A stretch of DNA of 64,000 nucleotides from an uncultured delta proteobacterium (GCA_963848295.1 CAWKDB010000010.1:576001-640000), one strand, 5' to 3'; shown: positions 20,238 to 30,175, counted from the first letter of the stretch. The notes: a model not told the origin generated them from the sequence alone. Numbers and translations: made by a program.

Positions 20238-21137
20238 ATGGGCGGACCCGTCGTGCCGAGTCAGGAACGGTTGTTGGCGATCATCGAGCTCCAGAACGCG
20301 CTCGCAGCCGCGGCGCTGACGACCGAGGAGGTCATGCAGCTCGTCGCCGAACGCGCGGCGCAGCTGGTGACCGCGACGGGCGCGCTGGTCGAGCTCGTCG
20401 ATGGCGACGACATGGTGTGCCGCGCGGCCGCGGGCTCGAGCCGCCAGGTCGGCCTGAGGCGCTCGCAGAAGTCGGTGTTGTCCGGCCGGTGCGTCGCCGA
20501 GCGAAAGCCGGTGCGCTCCGGCGACGGCGCGGCGATCTGCGTGCCGTTCTTCCACGGCGAGTACGTGGTCGGCGCGATGACCGCGGTCGGCGCGCCGAAG
20601 ACCGCGTTCACCGACGCGGACACCGAAACGCTGAACCTGCTCGCGAAGATCATCGCGATCCCGCTCCACCGCACGCGCAGCTTTCCGCGCCCGCGCAAGG
20701 ACAATACGCACGACCCGCTCACCGGGTTGTTGAATCGCCGCGCGTTCGACGAGCGGCTCACGGTCGAGGTCGCGCGCCACAAGCGCTACGACCAGTCATT
20801 CAGCTTGACCGTGGTCGATCTCGATGGCTTCAACACCGCCGCCGACAGGCTCGGCGAGGCCGCGTGCGACGAGCTGCTGCGCACGATCGGCGCGATCTTG
20901 ACGAAGAGCGTGCGCGTGATGGACGCGTGCTTCCGGCTCGGCGGCGCCGAGTTCGCGATCATCATGCCGGGCACCTCGATCGAAGGCGCGAACGTGCTCG
21001 CGGAGCGCTGCCGCAGCCAGATGACCGACGCGAACCTCGATGGCGTGACCGCCCGGCTCGGCGTGATCGAGGCCGGCGAGGACTCGGTCGAGCAGCTCGT
21101 CGAGCGCGCGGACGCGGCCTTGAAGGCGGACCGATAG
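20238..21137 (+). CDS. GAF + GGDEF domain protein (degenerate active site)
   Basis: HDPLTGLLNRRAF, DLDGFN, RLGGAEF, RADAAL; N-terminal GAF-like region. Confidence 0.85.
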   Translation: MGGPVVPSQERLLAIIELQNALAAAALTTEEVMQLVAERAAQLVTATGALVELVDGDDMVCRAAAGSSRQVGLRRSQKSVLSGRCVAERKPVRSGDGAAICVPFFHGEYVVGAMTAVGAPKTAFTDADTETLNLLAKIIAIPLHRTRSFPRPRKDNTHDPLTGLLNRRAFDERLTVEVARHKRYDQSFSLTVVDLDGFNTAADRLGEAACDELLRTIGAILTKSVRVMDACFRLGGAEFAIIMPGTSIEGANVLAERCRSQMTDANLDGVTARLGVIEAGEDSVEQLVERADAALKADR

Positions 21138-21176
21138 TCACTCCGGCCGCCCCGCGCGACTTCCGCAACCCCGTGC

Positions 21177-21205
21177 TTGACACCCACTGGCCGCGCCGCT
21201 AGAAA
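21177..21205 (+). promoter_or_regulatory. Sigma-70 promoter of tRNA-Gly
   Basis: TTGACA, 17 nt, TAGAAA, 14 nt upstream of the tRNA. Confidence 0.7.
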
Positions 21206-21219
21206 AGTGCCCTGCCATT

Positions 21220-21291
<72 letters not shown>

Positions 21292-21339
21292 CGACTTAAC
21301 CAGATGACTTCGTTACGGATTCAGTCTCGGAGACCTCGC

Positions 21340-21360
21340 TTGGGCCCACTTTGGGCCCAC
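21340..21360 (+). repeat. Tandem TTGGGCCCAC x2, candidate integrase arm-type sites
   Basis: Exact 10-bp repeats at 21340-49 and 21351-60, about 45 nt inside attL; a similar TGTGCCCAC lies at 28510-18. Confidence 0.5.
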
Positions 21361-21494
21361 CGCTCCGACCGCTAAGCATCGCGAGAATTCTCGCGGTCGG
21401 ATCGACCTCTTTCATTCCCGCGGACACGAGCTCCGGTGACGCGATAGAAGATAGTGATCGCGAGGCAATCGGCGCTGATCCCGACGATCGGGCG

Positions 21495-22556
21495 TTAGCG
21501 CGAGACCGGCGCCGGCGTCGCGGTCGGCCCGGTCGGCACCGTCGCTGAGGGCGCCGAGGTCGGTGCCGCTGGTTTGATCGGCGAGCCGTTCGCGTCGAGG
21601 TTGATGTATCGCTTGCCCTGTTCGTTAGCGAGCTCCTGGTTGTCGCGATCCAGCCAGGCCTGCGCGTTCGCGATCTCGCTGTCGTACGATGCCTGTTCGC
21701 GTGGGTCGATCGTGTGACCGGCGGCGAGCTCGGCCTTCTGGGCGTTTGCTTCGTCTGCGCGCTCAGACGTGATCGCCTGCTGCTCGTTCGCGATTTCCGC
21801 GGCAGTGCCGCCGCGATCCATCACGCCGGTCTCGAGATGAAACATCGCCGCCTTCACGGTCAACGCGATCGACTGGCCGGATGCGAGCCATAGCTTGAAC
21901 GTCGTGCCTGTCAGCGCCTTCACGCTCGACACACCGCTGAGCGCGAGTTGCAGCACGCCATCGACGATCTGGTAAGAGACCGCTCCGCCAACGCCGCTGA
22001 TCGCCGTCACGTTGGTGATCTGCGCGATGTCGGCGGGAAGCAGCTGGCCCGCATGGATCGCCGACAGCGGAATCGACGGGCTGATCGTCAGCTGCTGCTC
22101 CATGTTGGCAACCGAGGTCACCGCCGCCTCGACGCTGGGGAGATCGACCTCGGCCTTGGCTGTCGCACTCGCGGTGATCACCGGACCGAGGCTGCCTCCA
22201 TCGACCACCGTGCCGTCGCCGATCGTCGGGGGCAACGCCGAGCCGTCCGGCTCGAAGGTGATCGGCGCGCTCGCCGTCCCTCCTTGGGCGGCGACGATCA
22301 CCTGCTGCACAAAGCTGTTGCCGACCGTCGATTGCAACAGCGCCATCATCGGCGCGCGCTCGTTCGGATAGTAACGAAGCTGCGCGGCCACCCACAGCGG
22401 ATCAGGGTTCGGCTGCTTCAGGTACAGGCCGAGGCGCTGGGTCCCGGGCCCTTGCTGTGGCCCGAGTTGAGGTGACGCCGGCGCAGGCTGGGGCGCAGAT
22501 ACGACAGTTGGCGTCACGGCTAACTGGTGCTGCTCGCCCGGCGCTTGGTCAGCCAT
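21495..22556 (-). CDS. Hypothetical protein (353 aa) with an LQxxxGNxxVQ motif and C-terminal coiled coil
   Basis: Protein-like composition; LLQSTVGNSFVQQV; no signal peptide; TAACCT 6 nt before ATG. Confidence 0.7.
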   Translation of the reverse strand: MADQAPGEQHQLAVTPTVVSAPQPAPASPQLGPQQGPGTQRLGLYLKQPNPDPLWVAAQLRYYPNERAPMMALLQSTVGNSFVQQVIVAAQGGTASAPITFEPDGSALPPTIGDGTVVDGGSLGPVITASATAKAEVDLPSVEAAVTSVANMEQQLTISPSIPLSAIHAGQLLPADIAQITNVTAISGVGGAVSYQIVDGVLQLALSGVSSVKALTGTTFKLWLASGQSIALTVKAAMFHLETGVMDRGGTAAEIANEQQAITSERADEANAQKAELAAGHTIDPREQASYDSEIANAQAWLDRDNQELANEQGKRYINLDANGSPIKPAAPTSAPSATVPTGPTATPAPVSR

Positions 22557-22827
22557 CCCACAAGGTTATCACGCGCGTGATCGCGATCGAAGTCGCTTTC
22601 GCGTCGCGATGCTCGTGATCGATCTGGCTTCGCTTCGCGAGGGCGTCACCAAAGGACGGGCTCTTCGAAGCGCTATTAAGCGACTTCGAGCGCTTGCGTC
22701 GATTCACACCGGCGGACGTGAAGAGCGGAACAACCTGGATCAGTGACCGTCCCGCGGACGAAAACATGATCCCCATCAGCGACCAAAGATCCGAACGACC
22801 AGCTGTGGGAGCTCGCGCAACCGTAGC

Positions 22828-23370
22828 TCATTGCACAGTCGCGACGAACGATGCGGTGAAGCTCGTCGCCGCTGCCCCCTGCGACTCGTCGTAGATCGTG
22901 CCGGAGATCATCGCCGACACGCTTGTCTGCGAGGCGGCGGTAACGTCGATCGTGCATGACGGGCTCGCCTCGTTCGTGTAGTACGTATCGCCGTCGAGCC
23001 AGTGAATCAGCACGCTGGTCTCGTCGAAAGGGTTGTCGGTCTGCGAGTTCGCGCACGGGTACGAGCCGGTCTGGAGCACGCCGCCGTCGGCGACGATGCT
23101 CACCGTCAAGCTCGGCGTCGAGCTCCCGTCGCTCATCGCCTGGAAGTAGCCGGCGTAAACCTGGTTCTGGGTGACGGCGGCGATCGTCACGGCAGCCGAC
23201 GACGTGTACGCCTGACCGATGTCGATCGCGAACCCGCCGGTATTCGCCGGCGCGTCTCCGGTTGGCGAGGCGCTATCGAGGTGGTGGATGGTCGAGCCGT
23301 CCGGCGGAAGCGACGACGACGACGAGCTGCAGGCCGCGAAGGTCAGACACGCAATGGCAAGGGCTTTCAT
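22828..23370 (-). CDS. Uncharacterised lipoprotein downstream of the ECF sigma factor
   Basis: MKALAIACLTFAA-C lipobox; Ser/Thr-rich beta protein; GGAG SD. Confidence 0.75.
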   Translation of the reverse strand: MKALAIACLTFAACSSSSSSLPPDGSTIHHLDSASPTGDAPANTGGFAIDIGQAYTSSAAVTIAAVTQNQVYAGYFQAMSDGSSTPSLTVSIVADGGVLQTGSYPCANSQTDNPFDETSVLIHWLDGDTYYTNEASPSCTIDVTAASQTSVSAMISGTIYDESQGAAATSFTASFVATVQ

Positions 23371-23413
23371 GCTCCATGGAGGGAGAACGCCCCGGGGGGT
23401 GTGCAGGAAATCG

Positions 23414-24109
23414 TCAGGGTCGGGGCCGGAACGCGCTGGCGAGCGAGAGATCGATCCCCGCGAGCGAGCGCAGGATGCTGTCCGCGGTCGCCGGTCCAAC
23501 CGCCAGCTCGGTCCGTAGCGCCTTGCGGACCGAGCGCGCCACCGCCTCGCGCGCCTCCTCGATCCATCGCAGCACGGTCGTGCGGTGGACCTTCCACAGC
23601 GCGGCGATCTCATGATGCGGCAGGCCCTCGACGACTTCGAGTCGTAGCGCTTCGCGGGGCTTGTCGGCGAGCTCGGCGACCGCGGCCCGCACGAGCTCGC
23701 GAATCCGCGGACCGTGCGCCTGGACGACCACGTTCGCCTCGAGCGCCCCCGCGATCCCCTCGATATCGCGCGAGCTGGCCATCCTCGTCGCGCGCGGGCC
23801 GAGCAGCGCTCGCGCCTGGCGTAACGCGGTCACACGTAACCAGCCGGTCAGCGATCCGGTGCCGCGATACGTCGCGAGCTTGGCATCGCGCTCGGGGGTC
23901 GCCACCAACAGGCGATAGCGCAAGAGTTGCAGCGCATCGTCGACGAGCGCGGCATCGTAGCCGGCGCGGCGAAGCGCAGCGGTCACTGGCGCGAAGTGTT
24001 CGCGTTCGAGCACCGCGAGCGCCGCCGGATCGCCCGCGACACAGGCCGCGGCGAGCGCGAGATCGGTGCGATGTTCGACGCGGTCGTCGGCGGAGCTGTC
24101 GGTCGACAT
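23414..24109 (-). CDS. ECF RNA polymerase sigma factor (myxobacterial kinase-associated type)
   Basis: DLALAAACVAGDPAA, KLATYRGTGSLTGWLRV, region-4 HTH EGLPHHEIAALWKVHRTTVLRWI. Confidence 0.85.
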   Translation of the reverse strand: MSTDSSADDRVEHRTDLALAAACVAGDPAALAVLEREHFAPVTAALRRAGYDAALVDDALQLLRYRLLVATPERDAKLATYRGTGSLTGWLRVTALRQARALLGPRATRMASSRDIEGIAGALEANVVVQAHGPRIRELVRAAVAELADKPREALRLEVVEGLPHHEIAALWKVHRTTVLRWIEEAREAVARSVRKALRTELAVGPATADSILRSLAGIDLSLASAFRPRP

Positions 24110-24144
24110 TGCGGCGCGCGATCGCGAGCCTACAATAGCGCTAC

Positions 24145-26685
24145 TTGGCATGTATTAGCGATAACGAGCTCGCCGCGCTCGTCGAAGGCCGCGTCGATGC
24201 GGTGCGCCGCGCCGAGCTGCTCGGCGAGCTCGCGAGCTGCGAGTCGTGCCGCTCGTTGTTTCACCTGTGCTTGGTGACGACCGCGGGGGGTATCCGCGGC
24301 TCGGCCGAGCTTCCGGCGGAGATCGCCGGCTATCGGCTCGGTAACGTGCTCGGCGCGGGTGGCGGCGGCGTGGTGGTGCGCGCGCGCGATCCTGTCCTCG
24401 AGCGCGATGTCGCGCTCAAGCTCGTACGCACGGCAGGGGATGGCGATCCAGCCGCACATGCGTTGCGCGAAGCGCGAACCCTCGCCACAGTGCGCCACCC
24501 CGCGGTCGTGCAGGTCTACGCGACGGGCGCGAACGGCAACATCGGCTTCGTCGCGATGGAGCTCGTCGACGGTGCGAGCCTCGCGGCCCGACTCGCCCGC
24601 GGTCCGCTCGCCTGGCGTGACGCGGTCGTGCGATTCGCGGACGTGGCGACTGGGCTCGCCGCGATTCACGCCGCGGGCCTGGTTCACCGCGATCTCAAGC
24701 CGGGCAACCTGCTGGTCGATGGCGACCGGCTGCGGATCGCGGACTTCGGACTGGCCGCCCGCGATCCAGGTAGCGCGCTCGCAGGCACCCTGCCCTATCT
24801 CGCTCCGGAGCTGCTCGCAGGGGCCACTTCCAACGTCCGCAGCGACATCTATGCGCTGTTCGCGTCGCTGTTCGAGGCGCTGACCGGCGACCGGCCGTAC
24901 CGCGAGCTCGATCACCGCGCGCTCCGCGCCGCCGCAGAGTACGGACGGCCGAGCTGGCCAGCCTCGGTCCCGAGCGCGGTGCGTCGCGCCGTCGAGCGCG
25001 GGCTCGCTCCGGATCCGGCGGCGCGCTATCCCGATGCGAATGCGGCGGCGCACGCCCTGCGTGAGCTGCCGGGCACGCGTCGCCGGCGAACGCTCGCGCT
25101 GATCGGCGTGGCGGGCGTCGCGCTCGCCGGCGGCGTGGCGCTATATTCGTACCTGGCACCGCGTCGGGAGCCGACCCCGATCGGTTCGGTCGACGATCGC
25201 CGACGCCTCGAGAGCGCGCGCTCGCTCCTGCGCAGCCGCCGCGACGACGAGGCGATCCGCGCGGTCGACGCGGTCACCACCGACTCGCCGCTGTTCGGCG
25301 ACGCCGAGCTGATCCGAGGGGAAGCGGCGCTCGATCGCGAGAACGACGTCAAGGCGGCCACCGCGTTTCGCCATGTGGCCGAGCTCGCGCCCTCGCAAGA
25401 CCGCGACGATCTCGCGGTCGCGGCGAACCAGGGCCTCGCAGTGGCGATCGGCGTCGTGCGCCGCGAGACCGCCGCCGGCGAGGCTTATGCAACGGCGGCG
25501 CTCACGATGGCGACCAAGCGCGGCGACGCGATCGCCGCTGGCATCGCGCGGCGTACGCTCGGCTGGATCGCCTGGCTCGCCGGCGACGCGGATCGCGCGA
25601 ACGCCGAGCTCGAGGCCGCGCTCGGGATGCTCGTCTCGGCGCATGCTCCGCTCGAGGTTGCGACCGCCGAGGTGCAGCTCGCCAGGATCGCGCGCGCGAA
25701 GGGCGACTACACGGCCGCGACGCGCCACCTCGATCGTGCGGCGGCGCTGCGAACCCGCGAGCTCGGCGTCGCCGACCCGAGCGTGCTCGATCTCGATCTC
25801 GATCGCGCGGCGATCGCGACGGCCGAGGGCAACCCGACGCACGCGATCGAGCTTATTCGCGGCGAGCTCGCGAGGGTCGAGGCGACCTCGGGCGAACGAT
25901 CGCCCGTGCTGGTCGCGCCACTCGAAGCGCTCGCGTCAGCGCTCGCGACCAGCGGGAACTACACGGCAGCGGGTGAGGCGAGTGAACGTGCGCTCGCGAT
26001 CGATCGCGGGGCCCACGGCGAGGTCGATCGCGCGGTCGGGACCGACTACGCGAACCTCGCCGGGATCCGGGTGATCCAGGGAAAGCTCGACGAGGCGATC
26101 GAGCTCTACCGCGCGGGCCTCGCCGCTGACCGGTCCGCGCTCGGCGACGACCATCCCGTCCTCGCGCCGATCTACGCAGGTCTCGCGGTCGCGCTCGGGA
26201 CCGCCGAACGCTACGGCGATGCCGACGTTGCGATCGGCCATGCGATCGCGATCTGGCGCGCGCACCCCGGTCATGACGACGAGCTCGCGCAGGCGCTCGC
26301 CAAGCGCGCGATCATGGAGCTCGGCCTGTCGCGCACCGACGATGCGCGCCGCGACGCGGAGTCGGCGACGGCGATGCTCACGCGCGCGCACGGCCCCGAT
26401 CATTTTTCGCTGTTGCCCGCGCTGTCGGCGCTCGGTCAGGCCGAGCTCGCGGCCGGCCACCTCGACGCCGCCCGCGCCGCGCTCGAGCGTGTGCTCGCGA
26501 TCCGCAAGCGCGCCAACAGTGCGCCGCGTTCGACCGTCGAGACCCGCGCGAAGCTCGCGGAGGTGATGTGGCAGCAGGGCGAGCACGATGCCGCGCTCGC
26601 GCTCGCCCGACAAGCGCTCGCCGACCTCGGCGCGCCCGAGAGCCGGCTCGGAAAAAAGCTCGCCGCGTGGCTTGCCGCGCCGTGA
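24145..26685 (+). CDS. Membrane Ser/Thr protein kinase with C-terminal TPR repeats
   Basis: LGAGGGGVV, VALK, HRDLKPGN, DFG, GTLPYLAPE; TM helix; LG.DHP-type TPRs; N-terminal C...CESC motif; TTG start. Confidence 0.92.
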   Translation: MACISDNELAALVEGRVDAVRRAELLGELASCESCRSLFHLCLVTTAGGIRGSAELPAEIAGYRLGNVLGAGGGGVVVRARDPVLERDVALKLVRTAGDGDPAAHALREARTLATVRHPAVVQVYATGANGNIGFVAMELVDGASLAARLARGPLAWRDAVVRFADVATGLAAIHAAGLVHRDLKPGNLLVDGDRLRIADFGLAARDPGSALAGTLPYLAPELLAGATSNVRSDIYALFASLFEALTGDRPYRELDHRALRAAAEYGRPSWPASVPSAVRRAVERGLAPDPAARYPDANAAAHALRELPGTRRRRTLALIGVAGVALAGGVALYSYLAPRREPTPIGSVDDRRRLESARSLLRSRRDDEAIRAVDAVTTDSPLFGDAELIRGEAALDRENDVKAATAFRHVAELAPSQDRDDLAVAANQGLAVAIGVVRRETAAGEAYATAALTMATKRGDAIAAGIARRTLGWIAWLAGDADRANAELEAALGMLVSAHAPLEVATAEVQLARIARAKGDYTAATRHLDRAAALRTRELGVADPSVLDLDLDRAAIATAEGNPTHAIELIRGELARVEATSGERSPVLVAPLEALASALATSGNYTAAGEASERALAIDRGAHGEVDRAVGTDYANLAGIRVIQGKLDEAIELYRAGLAADRSALGDDHPVLAPIYAGLAVALGTAERYGDADVAIGHAIAIWRAHPGHDDELAQALAKRAIMELGLSRTDDARRDAESATAMLTRAHGPDHFSLLPALSALGQAELAAGHLDAARAALERVLAIRKRANSAPRSTVETRAKLAEVMWQQGEHDAALALARQALADLGAPESRLGKKLAAWLAAP

Positions 26686-26895
26686 CTAAGATCGAACCGC
26701 GAGCTTCTTCTCGGGCCGGCCGCCCGCGATGCCGGCGAAGAAGTCGTTGCCCTTGTCATCGACCACGATGAACGCCGGGAAATCGACGACGTCGATCTTC
26801 CACACCGCCTCCATGCCGAGCTCGGAGTATTCGTGCACCGACACGCTCTTGATGCAGTCTTGCGCGCGCCGCGCCGCCGGACCGCCGATCGAGCC
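26686..26895 (-). pseudogene. 3' fragment of class I fumarate hydratase
   Basis: [45 protein letters not shown] matches the FumA/FumB C-terminus; upstream sequence is unrelated. Confidence 0.88.
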
Positions 26896-26938
26896 GGCGC
26901 ACAACTCATGCTCGCCGTCTCCATTTGCGTGATCCCGG

Positions 26939-27301
26939 ATGTCGCGTTGGTTCAACGTGTCGCCGTTCCGCCCCCCGAAACCTGCGCCGGTACCGGCGCA
27001 GGATCGTCGTGTCGTGGTCGCGGATCTGCTCTCCCGGGGCTCGACGATCCCCGACTGCGGCAGTTCCCAATTCGAGACCACGATGGTGTTCAGCGACATC
27101 GCCGCCGACAGCGCGACGTTGCGCGTCCTGGTTCCGTGCGCCGAGATGCCGCGGCCGATGTTCTCGCCGACCGCCGGCAACGCGCCAAGGCTCCGAGAGC
27201 AGACCCGCTATCGGCTAGAGCTGTCCGGACCAGTTGCCGGCGATCTTGCTGGCAAGAACGACTCGCTGTGGCGCGCCGACCGAATCGATCTCGTGCACTA
27301 G
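26939..27301 (+). CDS. Hypothetical protein (possibly 5'-truncated)
   Basis: 120-aa ORF with protein-like composition; no recognised motif. Confidence 0.4.
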   Translation: MSRWFNVSPFRPPKPAPVPAQDRRVVVADLLSRGSTIPDCGSSQFETTMVFSDIAADSATLRVLVPCAEMPRPMFSPTAGNAPRLREQTRYRLELSGPVAGDLAGKNDSLWRADRIDLVH

Positions 27302-27466
27302 CCGATCCCGCGGCATCCCGCCATCGCCGAGCTGTCGTCGAAGACCGCGCGGGGTGCGCACTCGCGAAGCTTGTCGACCACGATCGCGAGGTTTCTGTTC
27401 GCGATCGGCGTGAGCGCGGCACCGAGCCACATCTCGACGCCCCAAAGATTCCCGGTTTCAGCGAAC

Positions 27467-28033
27467 CTAGGGTTCGTCGAAAGTGAAGTCGTCGAGGCCG
27501 ATGCCCGCGACGTCGGTCACCGCGAGGTCGACCTTAGTGACATCGCTGAAGCTCGAAAGATCGGCCGCGATCGTGCGATCCTGATCGACGGTTCCGGACA
27601 GCGTGACCGTGTCCGTTTGACCACCGCCGTGAGTAATGGTCATCTCGGCTGCGGGACTATGGTCGACGCCGACCGCGAGGAAATGGAGCGCATTGACCTC
27701 ATGTGTAAAGGCGATGTGGAAGTCGTGCAGGTAGACGCCCGCGCAGCCGGCACCGTTCGTGTCGACCGGGCCGAGATAGTTCGATCCTGTGCTGACGCTG
27801 ACGTTGCTCGTCGCGAGAACCGCGCCGTCTGGTCCGCTGAAAGACGCATGGTTCGCGTACTGCGTTGTGACGGGGGCGCACGTCGCGAGGTCGTCGAAGT
27901 TGATGACGACGTGTGTGGCAGTGGTGGTATCCAGTCGATTCGCGCCACCGTCGCGCTCACCCGAGCCAGAGTCGTTGCCGCACCCGATGAGCAGCGTGAG
28001 AACCGAGCCATACATTAGGATCCGGCGTCGCAT
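27467..28033 (-). CDS. Uncharacterised lipoprotein
   Basis: LTLLIG-C lipobox; VINFDDL...IGLDDFTF jelly-roll-like ends. Confidence 0.7.
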   Translation of the reverse strand: MRRRILMYGSVLTLLIGCGNDSGSGERDGGANRLDTTTATHVVINFDDLATCAPVTTQYANHASFSGPDGAVLATSNVSVSTGSNYLGPVDTNGAGCAGVYLHDFHIAFTHEVNALHFLAVGVDHSPAAEMTITHGGGQTDTVTLSGTVDQDRTIAADLSSFSDVTKVDLAVTDVAGIGLDDFTFDEP

Positions 28034-28680
28034 CCCGTTGTTATCTCAGAGGGCCGTATCGTGCTGTGCACCCTCGCGGGACGTCGCACAATGGCGTTCC
28101 GACGGCGAGATGTAACACCTCGGCGAACCCGTCCCGACGGGCGTCGAGCAGCGTCTCGAGCGATCGATGACGTACGAGGTGGGCAACGGGTGGTTCGCCC
28201 GCGCCTCGTAGTCGAGACAAGCGTCTATAGGCCAGCGATGCTCATGCCGACGCCCGCATCATCGACGAAGAGTAGTGCTTGCGAGCGCTGTTGCAGTCGG
28301 TCGCGGATGGCGGCGGCGGTGAGCGAGTACTGGCTGTAGGTCAGCAACCGAGCCGCGGGCGGCTCACTCGGCCCTCGGCACCTCGTCGGCGCGGATGAGC
28401 CCGTGCTTGCGCCATCGCGCATAGGCAAAACAAAGCGGGGTTCGTGGAAACGGCGGGTAGACACGTGGGCTTCATCCACTCCCGTGGACACGTCCCGAGA
28501 GGCGGATACTGTGCCCACCACGGAAACGAAGTTGGCTCGTGAGAAGCGAGCGAGTCGAACGTTCACCTGAAACCGTCCAGGAATTGGGGCGTCAAGGGTC
28601 ACGGCATTCGTCGCCGCCAATGCGCCGGGCGCCGCCTTGCATGCGCCACCGCGATCACGTCGACGTCGTCTCCGATGAAC

Positions 28681-28697
28681 CCCTTCTCCCGCTCGAC
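28681..28697 (+). repeat. attR-like core, direct repeat copy 2 of the tRNA-Gly 3' end
   Basis: CCCTTCTCCCGCTCGAC, exact match to 21279-21295. Confidence 0.85.
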
Positions 28698-28766
28698 CTA
28701 GTCAGGCCTCTGCTTGTGAACGAACCGATGGTTGGCCGCAGAGCGCTCTGCTCCCGGCCTTAGCCG

Positions 28767-29132
28767 TCACCGCTGCTGGATCGCGGTGGCAACCGGGTCG
28801 ATGTTGAGCATCCCGTAGTTGAACGTGTGGACGGACCCGTCGTCGAGCGTGACCAGCACCCTCTTCGCGAGCAGGCTCTTCTTCACGTCGACCTTGCTGA
28901 TCCGCGCCTTCGGGATGATCAGGACCGGCGCCTCCGAGCCCCATTTGACGAACAGCGCCTCGTCGAGCAGGCCCTTGGCCGAGACGTCGAACTGCGCGTC
29001 GTAGAGCAGGCGCTGGTTCGTGATCATCAGCTTGCCGTTATACTTGCCGCCCTTGGGGGGTTCGTAGAGCACGGTCCAGGTGTCGATCTTGGTCTCGTTA
29101 GCGTCGAGCGGAATCTTCTCGAGAGCACCCAT
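28767..29132 (-). CDS. Small PH/GRAM-like domain protein
   Basis: GGAGGT SD; GKLMITNQRLLY, IPKARISKVDV, VTLDDGSVHTF. Confidence 0.75.
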   Translation of the reverse strand: MGALEKIPLDANETKIDTWTVLYEPPKGGKYNGKLMITNQRLLYDAQFDVSAKGLLDEALFVKWGSEAPVLIIPKARISKVDVKKSLLAKRVLVTLDDGSVHTFNYGMLNIDPVATAIQQR

Positions 29133-29341
29133 GCCTACCTCCGTGTGCATTGTGCAGCAGGACGTCGACCGCTGCGCTACCGGCGTAACCAATTGTGGAA
29201 CGCATCGCGGCAACGCGAGCTGGTCAGCCCGAAGCGCCACCGCCGCCCGCCGCATCATCGGTTGGCGCAGTCGAACCGCGGAGGCGCGCCGCAGATGCCC
29301 CGCGGCCCACCGCGCCGCCCCCGAATAGCAACGCGGTCGGG

Positions 29342-30091
29342 TCAGGTCAGGCTCATCCCACCGTCGATCGCGAGGATGTTGCCCGTCATCCACGTGACGT
29401 CCGGCTCGGCGATCGACACGATCCAACGCGCGACCTCTTGGGTGCTCGCCATCCGCGCGAGTGGGACCTTCGCAATGAACGAGGCCTTGACCTGCGGCAC
29501 CATGTCCGCCGGAATCGGCAGCTTGTCGAAGCCCGGGGTGTCCGTCGGACCGGGGGCGACCGCGTTGACGCGGATACCTTTGGGTGCGAGCTCGAGCGCC
29601 CACGAGCGGGTCAGCGACTCGACGGCCGCCTTGGTCGCGCCGTAGTGCGAGCCGCCCGGAGACGGCTTGTGGCCCGCCGCGCTGCTGATGTTGACGATCG
29701 AGCCTTTGCTGGCTTCGAGTGCACGCAACGCAGCGCGCGTGACCAACGACAGCCCGACGACGTTGACGTCGAACTGCGCGCGGATCACGTCCTCGGTCAC
29801 GTCTGCGAGCGCTCCGAACTGGAACACCGCGGCGTTGTTCACGAGCACGTCGAGCCGTCCCGCCTCGCCGAGCATGCTCGCGATCGCAGCGTCGACTTGC
29901 TTGCCGTTCGTGACGTCGGCGAGCAGCCATCGCACATCCCGGTGCCTCGAGCGGGCCTGCTCGATCGCGTCGGAACGCCGCGCCATGCCGAACACCGTGG
30001 CGCCGCGCTGCGCGAACAGCTCCGCGGCGGTCTCGCCGATGCCGGAGGTCGCGCCAGTAACGAGGACGACTTTGCCTTCAAAGGTCTTCAT
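29342..30091 (-). CDS. SDR family oxidoreductase
   Basis: TGATSGIG, NNAA, YGATK, GIRVNAVAPG, IDGG. Confidence 0.93.
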   Translation of the reverse strand: MKTFEGKVVLVTGATSGIGETAAELFAQRGATVFGMARRSDAIEQARSRHRDVRWLLADVTNGKQVDAAIASMLGEAGRLDVLVNNAAVFQFGALADVTEDVIRAQFDVNVVGLSLVTRAALRALEASKGSIVNISSAAGHKPSPGGSHYGATKAAVESLTRSWALELAPKGIRVNAVAPGPTDTPGFDKLPIPADMVPQVKASFIAKVPLARMASTQEVARWIVSIAEPDVTWMTGNILAIDGGMSLT

Positions 30092-30139
30092 GACGCGACC
30101 ATGCGGCCGGAGCGGGCGTTCGACTAGTCGTGCAATCCG

Positions 30140-30158
30140 TAGATGACTCTTGCATCTA
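30140..30158. promoter_or_regulatory. Inverted repeat between the divergent SDR and LysR genes (candidate operator)
   Basis: TAGATG-N7-CATCTA. Confidence 0.4.
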
Positions 30159-30175
30159 GGTTAACAATCGGCCGC

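Larger units (their letters stand above)
21296..28697. mobile_element. tRNA-Gly-anchored genomic island remnant (~7.4 kb), no integrase visible
   Basis: Flanking 17-bp direct repeats of the tRNA 3' end; gene fragments and accessory genes inside. Confidence 0.7.

Noticed and set aside
22570..22830. Short plus-strand ORF pieces inside the island
   Set aside because: No clear start, SD or motif; probably a decayed fragment that cannot be assigned
28225..28620. 131-aa ORF near attR as an integrase remnant
   Set aside because: No R-H-R-Y tyrosine recombinase or serine recombinase motifs recognised
28738..28751. Perfect 14-bp palindrome GCAGAGCGCTCTGC just outside attR
   Set aside because: Single copy, no loop or U-tract; a function cannot be supported
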